From NCBI GenBank assembly GCA_965223865.1, contig OZ245020.1, forward strand, positions 320,001 to 384,000: DNA of 64,000 nucleotides, in the 5' to 3' direction. Both the position numbers and the translations under genes were made by a program. Shown here in pieces: positions 47,901 to 56,255 of the stretch. The notes under the pieces were generated by a model. That model saw nothing but the letters and a program-made list of their open reading frames with translations. It had not been told where the DNA came from and searched no databases. This DNA is from Nitrosarchaeum sp. GTDB lineage: Archaea > Thermoproteota > Nitrososphaeria > Nitrososphaerales > Nitrosopumilaceae. Each line of letters starts with the position of its first letter. Within the stretch, counting starts at the first letter, position 1.

Positions 47901-48446
47901 TTATGTGTTATTAGTATCAATTTGTATGATATTTTGATTTATCAGAAACTCTATAGCACCTAACAATTCCTCTTCTGATACCTTGTCTTGAGCATACCAT
48001 ACGAAGATATTTTTGATCCAATCTGGGATTTTCTTGTTTTGATTTGAATCATTTCCTACAGTAATAGAAATTGTTTCACTTTGATGTGTACAGATCTCTC
48101 GATGAACTTCCCTACATTGACTGATTATCTGTACTGCATAGTTTCCCACTTCAGCGTTCTCTGCTATTGGAATCTCTGTGGAAAATGTTCCGTCAGGATT
48201 ACTGGTTACATATTCATCAAAAATTTTTACTTCTAGAGGATTTGTTGCAATTATTCTTAATAATACATCTGATGTTGGTTCTTCATTGTAGTTTACCCAA
48301 CCTGAAATTATGACTTTCTCTCCTTGCATGTAGTTAGTCTTGTCTAGTATAATCACTGGACTTGAGACATGGGTTTGATATGATTCTAAAATTATGGTGT
48401 TAACACAAAATGAAATAGCACAAAAGATCAGGACAAGCTTAATCAT
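47901..48446 (-). CDS. Secreted Ig-like protein with thaumarchaeal IPxWIKN C-terminal domain
   Basis: LDKTNY..GE.V.ISG, DGTFS and KIPDWIKNIFVWYAQDKVSEEELLGAIEFLINQNII. Confidence 0.78.
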   Translation of the reverse strand: MIKLVLIFCAISFCVNTIILESYQTHVSSPVIILDKTNYMQGEKVIISGWVNYNEEPTSDVLLRIIATNPLEVKIFDEYVTSNPDGTFSTEIPIAENAEVGNYAVQIISQCREVHREICTHQSETISITVGNDSNQNKKIPDWIKNIFVWYAQDKVSEEELLGAIEFLINQNIIQIDTNNT

Positions 48447-48622
48447 GTTCTTATCTTACTGAACTACTATTTCAATAAGGATACAAAAAACATCTAGTTA
48501 TCTCCTGTCACAATATAACTCAGAATAACTAACAGAAAAATTTCTTAATAGTAGATATGAAGATTTTCTAGATAATCTGATCAACCTCAAGTTTTTTATT
48601 CTTACTTTGAGTCAACTCAGCA

Positions 48623-49003
48623 ATGAAAATAACAAAAACAATGACTTTCTCTATACTTGCAATAATAGCAGGTCTAATGACTGCAATTCCAACTGTTTCT
48701 GCAGAAACTATGGTAAGCTTACCTCCTGGTTCTGCAGTTCCAGGATGTGAAGAAACAAACGAATGCTACATCCCATACGAAGTAACAGTAGATGTTGGCA
48801 GTACTGTAACGTGGAGTAATGATGACACTGCAGCACATACAGTAACATCTGGAAGTGCATCTGATGGACCAGATGGAATTTTTGATAGTGGATTAATATC
48901 ACCTGGAGACACATACACAAATCAGTTTAATGAAGAAGGGAATTTTGATTATTACTGTATAGCTCATCCTTGGATGACTGGAAAAGTAATAGTAAGTGAA
49001 TGA
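48623..49003 (+). CDS. Blue copper (plastocyanin/cupredoxin) protein
   Basis: Signal peptide, AHTVTSG and YYCIAHPWMTG type-1 copper ligands. Confidence 0.92.
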   Translation: MKITKTMTFSILAIIAGLMTAIPTVSAETMVSLPPGSAVPGCEETNECYIPYEVTVDVGSTVTWSNDDTAAHTVTSGSASDGPDGIFDSGLISPGDTYTNQFNEEGNFDYYCIAHPWMTGKVIVSE

Positions 49004-49049
49004 TTACAGAATTGAGTAAAACTAGCCACAAGATCTATGTGCTAATGTC
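48941..49049. repeat. First copy of 109-bp direct repeat (cupredoxin 3' end plus trailer; partner 51301-51409)
   Basis: Identical to 51301-51409 except G48981 vs A51341. Confidence 0.95.
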
Positions 49050-49176
49050 GTAGCCTTTACTCATAATTATAGCTAAATATTTGAAATATACAAAATGGAT
49101 CATGACATTTCTGTAGAACTCAAGAGGTATCAATTATTTTAAAAAGATCAAAACAATAGTAGACTAGAGATCTAGT

Positions 49177-49317
49177 CTATACCTTATGGATATGAGGTCT
49201 GACCTTATGGACTATTTTTTGTAGATTGGATTCTATCTCATCTGACGGTTTATTATCGATCTGGTTAATCACATCTACAAAGTCATTTATGATTTCGTCT
49301 TTTGTTGATGTTTTCAT
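49177..49317 (-). CDS. Micro-protein (46 aa; alternative start 49335), absent from the ORF track
   Basis: MKTSTKDEIINDFVDVINQIDNKPSDEIESNLQKIVHKVRPHIHKV; resembles the neighbouring micro-ORF. Confidence 0.5.
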   Translation of the reverse strand: MKTSTKDEIINDFVDVINQIDNKPSDEIESNLQKIVHKVRPHIHKV

Positions 49318-49410
49318 CAAGCTAAAGATAGTCATTCGTGGCTAAAAATATCACTATTGAATATACTGTATACCTAGTATGAGTTATAATTTGACCTGAT
49401 TCTATATAAT

Positions 49411-49557
49411 TTAGTCATCTCTGCCAGCAGGATGTGATTTTCTTACATTTTTGATGATTTCTACTAATCTTGCATTTATCTCGTTGTAATCGCAGTTATC
49501 CATATCTAGAATAGATCTGAATTCTTGAATGAGTTTTTCTTTATCTTGAACTGTCAA
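49411..49557 (-). CDS. Micro-protein (48 aa, TTG start), absent from the ORF track
   Basis: MTVQDKEKLIQEFRSILDMDNCDYNEINARLVEIIKNVRKSHPAGRDD. Confidence 0.5.
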   Translation of the reverse strand: MTVQDKEKLIQEFRSILDMDNCDYNEINARLVEIIKNVRKSHPAGRDD

Positions 49558-49699
49558 GATGGTAATACAACAATTCATGAAATTGATAAATTTTAGTAAT
49601 TTACAAATTTACATGTATGATTGATATTTTTTGACAATACAAAAAATTGTGAAAATTATGGTGTTATCTATATAGCAGTTTACTAGAATCTAATGTTGA

Positions 49700-50176
49700 C
49701 TAAATTTCTTGTAAAGCATCAGATTCTTTAATTCTCTTATTAAAAAATAGGCAGGCAGTTAGATCTCCTGTAACATTTACCATAGTTCTTGTCATATCTA
49801 AGATTCTATCTACTCCAAGTAATAATACAACTTCAACAGCTGGAACTCCTGCTGCAATCAAAATAGTTGATAATATTATAATTCCAGTCCCTGGAGCTGA
49901 AGGTGCTCCAATGGATGCAGCAAGAGATGACAATGCAATTAGAATAATTGTAGTAAAACCCAAATCAATATTGAATAGTTGAGCTAGGAAAAATACTGCA
50001 ATTATTTGATACATAGCGGTTCCATCCATATTGATTGTGGCACCCAATGGAATAATGAACTGAGAAACTCTTGGTTTTACTTTCATCTTTTCTTCTGCTG
50101 TTTTTATAGAGAGTGGCATTACAGCAGCTGAGCTAGATGTAGAAAATGCAAGTAATTGAGATCTTTCCTTAATCAA
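49700..50176 (-). pseudogene. 5'-truncated dicarboxylate/amino-acid:cation symporter (GltP family) remnant
   Basis: AFSTSSSAA, PLGATINMDG and DRILDMTRTMVNVTGD are present, but the N-terminal TM scaffold is missing and a divergent gene starts 60 bp away. Confidence 0.85.
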
Positions 50177-50236
50177 AAGTCTTTGAGATAAGTTTTCAGT
50201 AGAAAAAATGCAACAATTGAAATTGTTCTAAAAATA

Positions 50237-50806
50237 ATGTCAAGTATGGGATTTTTTGATACTAAACAAGGTGTTAATGAATACATAAAGCTGGCTGAAG
50301 GTTATGATGGAACAGAATTAATTAAAATATTACAAGAAGTGTTGCCTGAAAAATCTACGGTATTAGAGCTAGGAATGGGTCCTGGAAAGGATCTGGATAT
50401 TTTAAGCAAGTTCTTCAAAGTTACGGGGTCTGATTCTTCTCAAATTTTCTTGGATAGGTACAAACAAGAAAATCCAAATGTAGATTTGCTAAAACTTGAT
50501 GCAGTAACTATTTCTACTAGTAGGACCTTTGATTGTATTTATTCTAACAAAGTCTTACATCATCTAACAAGAAAAGAATTGAAAGAATCATTTCAAAGGC
50601 AAAAAGAAGTATTAAATTCTGATGGAATTGCATTTCATTCCTTTTGGAAAGGAGACAAGGATGAAAATTATGATGGGCTTTTGTTTACAAAATATCAAAT
50701 TGATGGTTTGAGAGCAATTATTGGAGATGTTTTTGATATTTTGAATATTAACGAATACACAGAAATGGAAAAGGATGATTCTATCTATGTGGTTTTGAGA
50801 AAATAA
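50237..50806 (+). CDS. Class I SAM-dependent methyltransferase
   Basis: VLELGMGPGKD and FDCIYSNKVLHHL motifs. Confidence 0.88.
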   Translation: MSSMGFFDTKQGVNEYIKLAEGYDGTELIKILQEVLPEKSTVLELGMGPGKDLDILSKFFKVTGSDSSQIFLDRYKQENPNVDLLKLDAVTISTSRTFDCIYSNKVLHHLTRKELKESFQRQKEVLNSDGIAFHSFWKGDKDENYDGLLFTKYQIDGLRAIIGDVFDILNINEYTEMEKDDSIYVVLRK

Positions 50807-50844
50807 ACGATTAATCAAAAATTAATGATTATTTGTGAGGATTG

Positions 50845-51027
50845 TTATGAAGACTGTTGTAATTTTCTTTCCTTAAATGGACATGATTTTCCTTCTTTGT
50901 GTTCTCCTTCGCCATCTGGTATTACCTCACCAGTAGTTTGTGCAACTGCAATGTCAAAAGGAGTTGCCAGTGCAAAGACTGCTACCAATATGATTACAAT
51001 AGTAAAAGCGGTTGTAGTCTTGTTCAT
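50845..51027 (-). CDS. Small secreted peptide
   Basis: Signal peptide (AVAQ) followed by GEGEHKEGKSCP. Confidence 0.55.
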   Translation of the reverse strand: MNKTTTAFTIVIILVAVFALATPFDIAVAQTTGEVIPDGEGEHKEGKSCPFKERKLQQSS

Positions 51028-51089
51028 ATAACCTACTGATTATTCTTTTTATGATTTAATGTTTGTTCATAATTAATTAAAATGGAATT

Positions 51090-51212
51090 TTATTCTAGTG
51101 GAAAATCAGTTTTACAAATCACACAGCGCCCTCTAAACCCTGCATATCCTTTATTATAATATTGAATAATTTCACTATGGCAAATAAAGCAAGTTATTTT
51201 TGTTTCAGACAA
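51090..51212 (-). CDS. Zn-ribbon micro-protein (40 aa, TTG start), absent from the ORF track
   Basis: MSETKITCFICHSEIIQYYNKGYAGFRGRCVICKTDFPLE with two CxxC motifs. Confidence 0.65.
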   Translation of the reverse strand: MSETKITCFICHSEIIQYYNKGYAGFRGRCVICKTDFPLE

Positions 51213-51300
51213 TATTCATAATACGTTATGATTTGTTATAAAGTGGATCATCATTTCTGGATTATCACTAGATTTGTTAAATTAAATCAAATTAGCCATA

Positions 51301-51409
51301 AATTTTGATTATTACTGTATAGCTCATCCTTGGATGACTGAAAAAGTAATAGTAAGTGAATGATTACAGAATTGAGTAAAACTAGCCACAAGATCTATGT
51401 GCTAATGTC
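51301..51409. repeat. Second copy of 109-bp direct repeat (orphan cupredoxin 3' end)
   Basis: Read directly; no upstream cupredoxin coding sequence. Confidence 0.95.
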
Positions 51410-51472
51410 ATACTGCTCATTATGATTTACGTACCTAGAATTTTTATAGGTTTATTATTTTTGCCAGACTAT

Positions 51473-51667
51473 ATGACCCTTAAATTACGATGTGCAGATT
51501 ACGGTTTTGAGTGTGACTTTATTCTAGAAGGAGAAAAAAATGTAGGATTACTCGAACAGTTAAGAAAACATTTTGAGGAGGAACATGGAATTGATTATGC
51601 TACTGAGGTAATAACCCAAATGATTATGAATCGTGGTTATTCTTTAGAGTCAATCAAAAAAGAATAA
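51473..51667 (+). CDS. DUF1059-like small metal-binding protein
   Basis: LRCADYGFECDF...HFEEEHG pattern. Confidence 0.8.
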   Translation: MTLKLRCADYGFECDFILEGEKNVGLLEQLRKHFEEEHGIDYATEVITQMIMNRGYSLESIKKE

Positions 51668-51834
51668 TTTTTTAAAAATTTTATTTTTAACATTTAATAT
51701 AATCTAGGTTGTATGATAATTAGATAATTTTCTCATTTAACAGTAGGAATTTTTTGTTTTCCAAGTTTTGTTTTCATTACAAAATTACCTGTTACAATTT
51801 ATTTTTATTTGATAAATGAGTCTACTAATTAGTA

Positions 51835-52752
51835 GTGGTAGAAAATTATTGTAATGATTCTGATGTAAAGTGTCAACTAGATACTTGCAAAACCTACCCT
51901 GTCATAACAGATTCTGATAGAGGAGAAATGTTTTGTGGGGGATGCGGGTTAGTTCTTGTTCAAAATATAGCTGATACTTCTCATGAGAGTAGTGGTTATT
52001 CTCAGGAAGAATACATGAAATTAGCAAGAACTGGTCCAGCAACTTCTTTAACAATGCATGATAAGGGATTATCTACGGTTATTGGAACAAACAAAGATTC
52101 CGCTGGAAATGCGTTATCTAGTAAAACTAAATTTGAATTTAATAGACTTAGAACTTGGGATCAAAGAAGCAAATCAAGAAAAACATCAACTCTAAGCAAG
52201 GCATTTACAATATTACATGGAATTAAAACAAAACTTGGAGTTCCAGACAATGTGGTTGAAAATGCTGCCTACATATACAGAAAGATAGTTAATGCAAAGC
52301 TCACTAGAGGAAGAACAATGACTTCATTGGTTTCAGCTGCATTATATGCTGCATGTCGAGAAAATAATATTCCTAGAACTTTGGATGATATTGCAGATGC
52401 TGGAAATGTTGAAAGACGAATTTTATCTAGAGACTTGAGAACAATTATCAAGAAATTAGGATTAAATCTAAATCAGTATAATACAACATCATTTATCTCA
52501 AAGATTTCGAATAACATGAATTTAAAGGAAAAAACCAAAAGAGATGCATTTGACATTCTAAAAAGATGTGAAAATGAAAAGATAACTGCCGGAAAGCATC
52601 CCGTGGCTCAAGCTGCTGCATCTTTGTATATTTCATGTATTCTTAATGGAGAAAAAATTAGTCAGAAGAAATTTTCAGTTGAATCAGGAGTTAGCGACGT
52701 TACTATTAGAAATAGAGCTGTTCTTATCAAAAAGACACTAAAAATTCTTTAG
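51835..52752 (+). CDS. tfb: Transcription initiation factor IIB paralogue (divergent)
   Basis: GEMFCGGCG, SLTMHDKGLST, RLRTWD, cyclin repeats, VSDVTIRNR. Confidence 0.92.
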   Translation: MVENYCNDSDVKCQLDTCKTYPVITDSDRGEMFCGGCGLVLVQNIADTSHESSGYSQEEYMKLARTGPATSLTMHDKGLSTVIGTNKDSAGNALSSKTKFEFNRLRTWDQRSKSRKTSTLSKAFTILHGIKTKLGVPDNVVENAAYIYRKIVNAKLTRGRTMTSLVSAALYAACRENNIPRTLDDIADAGNVERRILSRDLRTIIKKLGLNLNQYNTTSFISKISNNMNLKEKTKRDAFDILKRCENEKITAGKHPVAQAAASLYISCILNGEKISQKKFSVESGVSDVTIRNRAVLIKKTLKIL

Positions 52753-52792
52753 AAAAAATTTAGTCAAACTCATCAAATATTGTATAAAATGA

Positions 52793-53230
52793 TTAGGAAG
52801 TATAGAAATTAGTTATTGATGATGTATTTTCAAAAATCACTTCTAGTCTGTTAACTAGATCCATAATTACTTTAATTTGTTCCAAAGTAATTTCATAGAG
52901 CTTTTCAATTCGGTCTTTTAGTGTTGCAATCTCTACTTTTAGATTTGAGTTTTGTTCTTTTAATTCTGTAATTTGATCTTGAAGTTTTGAGTTTTGTTCT
53001 TTTAATTTGATATTTTCTTCAGTAAGTCTTTGAATTTTTTCAGATTCTGTTTCTCCTGGAAATGGTTCTGGGACCGGTTCAGGTTCTGGTAATTTTATTG
53101 GTTCAGGTTCTGGTGTAGGTTCTGGAATTTGTGGTGGCTCAGGTTCTTGGCTATTTTCTAGTGCAAAAATATTTTGAATACTAAATAATGATACTAGTAA
53201 AACTATAGTTAATATTGGAATTTTTTTCAT
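52793..53230 (-). CDS. Secreted protein with PE-rich linker and coiled coil
   Basis: Signal peptide, EPEP repeats and heptad pattern. Confidence 0.7.
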   Translation of the reverse strand: MKKIPILTIVLLVSLFSIQNIFALENSQEPEPPQIPEPTPEPEPIKLPEPEPVPEPFPGETESEKIQRLTEENIKLKEQNSKLQDQITELKEQNSNLKVEIATLKDRIEKLYEITLEQIKVIMDLVNRLEVIFENTSSITNFYTS

Positions 53231-53323
53231 TTTATGAAATTACTCCATTTATTGAATTAATTTTTTGTATATGAATATGATTACTGATTTTTAAAAATGA
53301 TTTAAACAAAATATGAAAAAGAG

Positions 53324-53542
53324 TTATTTGAAGAAATCAAACTCTTGATCTCTTTTTTGTTTGGGTAGGTCTTCCATAACTGCCTGAACTACCTCATTGT
53401 GATTATAGGTTAGATGCCTAAGGAATTTTGCAGATTCATCAGCTCTTGTTTGTGCGTCTGCAAACAACATCTCTGGACTGCTTAATGAGCTCATCATTGT
53501 ATTGCATTCACTACAAGGCTCAAAATCAAGACAGAGTTTCAT
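53324..53542 (-). CDS. Small hypothetical protein (CxxC...HxxxxH, probable Zn binder)
   Basis: CSEC and HLTYNH motifs; lies downstream of cdc48. Confidence 0.7.
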   Translation of the reverse strand: MKLCLDFEPCSECNTMMSSLSSPEMLFADAQTRADESAKFLRHLTYNHNEVVQAVMEDLPKQKRDQEFDFFK

Positions 53543-53572
53543 AATTCATGTCATCTTTTCTTAGTATTTAGA

Positions 53573-54904
53573 CTATTTTATGGAATAAGTCATGGGTGCT
53601 TCTTTTTCTCTCGGCTTGATCTTGTCAATGGCAGTAAGAATATCTTGTTGAGTAATATTGATATCTTTGACATTCTCGGACTTTCCACTTACATATCTCT
53701 TCAAAGCAGTAACTGCAGATCTATTAGCAACAGCAGCAATTTCAGCTCCACTAAAACCACTAGTTAGTTCAACAATTTTTGAAATGTTAACATCAGTTGC
53801 AAGTGGTTTCTTTTTGGAATGAATCTTAAAGATATGTTCTCTTCCTTTTGCATCAGGTTTTGGAACTTCTATGATTCGATCAAATCTTCCTGGTCTTAAT
53901 AATGCCTCATCAACAATATCGAGTCTATTTGTTGCTCCAATTATCAAGACATTATGTAGTTCTTCTAAACCATCAATTTCTGTAAGAATCTGTGAAACCA
54001 CATTTTCTGAAACGTGTGATGATTCGCTGCCACTTCTTCTTGGCACAAGGGCATCTATTTCATCAAAGAAAATGATACACGGTGCTGCCTGGCGAGCTTT
54101 TCTAAAGATTTCTCTTACTCCTTTTTCTGATTCACCAACCCATTTTGAGAGTAACTCAGGACCTTTAATGCTGATAAAATTAGAATCAGTCATTTTTGCT
54201 AATGCTTTTGCAATCAAAGTTTTTCCAGTCCCTGGTGGGCCATGTAACAAAACGCCTTTTGGTGCTTCAACACCAATTTTTTCAAATAGTTCTGGGTGCC
54301 TCATTGGTAATTCTACCATCTCACGGATCTTTTGGACTTCATTTTTCAAACCACCTAATTCATCATATGTGATTCGTGGAACAGTTGTATCTACTGTCTT
54401 AGTCATATTGCCTAGTTTGAATACAGTTTGCTCCGTAACTATGACTGGTTTTGATGGTTTTGTGCTAGTTACAACAAATTGAACTCTTCCTCCCATTTGG
54501 GTATTAAGAGAAATAGTATCTCCAGTTGTAAATACATGATTAAGATAATTGTAAATCATATATTCTTGTAAACCTTCGGCTGCAATTTTTTCAGTTGGAG
54601 ATAAGACAATTTGTTCGGCATTTACAGCTTCGACTGATTTTACGGTAATTTTATCTCCAATACCAGCCCCAATATTTTGTCTGGTGATTCCATCTATTTT
54701 GATAATACCTGTCCCGTATTCTTCAGGTGATCCTGGCCAAAGTTTTACATGTGTCTTTTTGTTATATGTTAATTCTAAAATTTGACCAGTATTCCATTTT
54801 TCATCTTCAAGAATTTTAGGATCGACTATTGCTCTTCCTCTTCCAACATGTTGTTTGGGGATTTCATCAACTTTTAAAATAATTTCATTCATTTTTTTCA
54901 CCAT
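53573..54904 (-). CDS. cdc48: Cdc48/VAT AAA+ ATPase with an internal deletion (N-domain plus one hybrid D1/D2 AAA domain)
   Basis: N-domain, D1 leader ITYDELGGL...ELPMRHPELF, then one Walker A followed by D2-type KGPELLSKWVGESEKG; only 443 aa. Confidence 0.85.
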   Translation of the reverse strand: MVKKMNEIILKVDEIPKQHVGRGRAIVDPKILEDEKWNTGQILELTYNKKTHVKLWPGSPEEYGTGIIKIDGITRQNIGAGIGDKITVKSVEAVNAEQIVLSPTEKIAAEGLQEYMIYNYLNHVFTTGDTISLNTQMGGRVQFVVTSTKPSKPVIVTEQTVFKLGNMTKTVDTTVPRITYDELGGLKNEVQKIREMVELPMRHPELFEKIGVEAPKGVLLHGPPGTGKTLIAKALAKMTDSNFISIKGPELLSKWVGESEKGVREIFRKARQAAPCIIFFDEIDALVPRRSGSESSHVSENVVSQILTEIDGLEELHNVLIIGATNRLDIVDEALLRPGRFDRIIEVPKPDAKGREHIFKIHSKKKPLATDVNISKIVELTSGFSGAEIAAVANRSAVTALKRYVSGKSENVKDINITQQDILTAIDKIKPREKEAPMTYSIK

Positions 54905-54919
54905 AAAATTTTGTGGAGA

Positions 54920-55423
54920 TTAATCCACCTCCACCGTTTTGCCTTTTGGCTTTTCTTCTTTAACCAGTTTGAAAACTAGTTCAAGAATTCCATTTTTGTA
55001 GGAAGCTTTTGTAGAGTTCTCATCAACTTTGTATTGAACTGGAACTTTGGCATGGTATTTCTTTTCACCATGTTCTGCAGAAATGTCTACAATCTTGTTT
55101 TGTACGACAATTTTTACATCTGTTTTTTCGACTCCAGGCATTTCAGCTACAAGTTTTACTAGTTTTTCTTTTTCATCGACAATTGTATCTACAATTGGAT
55201 CTCTAACATCTGCTGTTGGAAGCAGGCCTGGTTTAACATTTCCATACTCCTTTACTACAGGTTTTCCGTCAGGACCAACAGTCATCGTATAACCATAATA
55301 AAATGGACCTGCAGATTCCTTTCCTTTGAATTCTTCAAGCATGTCATCTATATTGAAAAAAGATTGTGACATTCTCTTGAAGATTCTATCAAATTCATCA
55401 TCAAAGAACATTGTCATATTCAC
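54920..55423 (-). CDS. hsp20: Archaeal small heat-shock protein Hsp20
   Basis: GPFYYGYTMTVGPDGKPVVKEYGN, AEMPGVEK and ASYKNGILE motifs; directly upstream of cdc48. Confidence 0.93.
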   Translation of the reverse strand: MNMTMFFDDEFDRIFKRMSQSFFNIDDMLEEFKGKESAGPFYYGYTMTVGPDGKPVVKEYGNVKPGLLPTADVRDPIVDTIVDEKEKLVKLVAEMPGVEKTDVKIVVQNKIVDISAEHGEKKYHAKVPVQYKVDENSTKASYKNGILELVFKLVKEEKPKGKTVEVD

Positions 55424-55430
55424 CTATGTG

Positions 55431-55448
55431 ATGTAATATATATTACAT
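55431..55448. promoter_or_regulatory. Perfect 18-bp palindrome ATGTAATATATATTACAT, candidate operator of hsp20-cdc48
   Basis: Lies between a minus-strand TTTATA box and the hsp20 start. Confidence 0.5.
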
Positions 55449-55550
55449 TATATAAATATTATTAAAATTAAACTAATATTTTACAAAATCCTATTATAAC
55501 TGACATTAAATAATATAGTTTAATGAGAGTTTCTAACATTTGTTCCTGAA

Positions 55551-56186
55551 GTGGTTAGAGAATTAATCACTCGAAACCGCTCGATTTATGATTGCATGAA
55601 AATGGATTTGATAAATTATACGGCATTGGCAGTAAAGATACAGCCTGAAGTTGAAAAAATTTTAGGAAATTCAGTTAATCTCAATACTATTGTAGTTGCA
55701 ATAAAGCGATATGCTGATTCTTTTGAGATTAAAGAGGAGGTAAAAGAAGAGTCTGTACTAAAAAATGCCAGACTGGCATTAACAGATGGAATTATGGATA
55801 TCAAATTTTCAGTAAAGGACTCAAATATGAACCCAATAGATATTTTGGATAAATTCTCAAAAATTACTAGTAACTATGAATTCTTTAGATTATCTGATTC
55901 TTTTAGATTTTTAACAGAAGATATTGATGATATTAGAGAAATTTTTGAAAATATTCCTAATAGAGATGAATTTTTTAGTACTGGTCTTGCAAAAATTCGA
56001 ATTTCAATTCCTCCAAATCATAATCAATCAGATGTAGTATCTTATGTTGCAGAAGTATTACATGCAAATGGAATTGAACTTGTTAATGCCTTTTTCAGTC
56101 AAGACAGTATTATCATAGTTCTTCATGGAGCAGATGCTTCAAGGGCATATGAGATACTTCATTCTGATATTACCCGAGCAAGATAA
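55551..56186 (+). CDS. Conserved archaeal HTH plus ACT-domain protein
   Basis: INYTALA...NTIVVAIKRY N-terminus and a C-terminal ACT-like segment. Confidence 0.75.
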   Translation: MVRELITRNRSIYDCMKMDLINYTALAVKIQPEVEKILGNSVNLNTIVVAIKRYADSFEIKEEVKEESVLKNARLALTDGIMDIKFSVKDSNMNPIDILDKFSKITSNYEFFRLSDSFRFLTEDIDDIREIFENIPNRDEFFSTGLAKIRISIPPNHNQSDVVSYVAEVLHANGIELVNAFFSQDSIIIVLHGADASRAYEILHSDITRAR

Positions 56187-56255
56187 ACACCTTTTTTAGT
56201 ATTTTTTAAAAATGAACTCATAGGATATATTCAGTTATTTTTAGGGTACAGATAA

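Noticed and set aside
32700-53300. Accessory region as a provirus or transposon
   Set aside because: No integrase, transposase, capsid, packaging ATPase or tRNA attachment site is visible.
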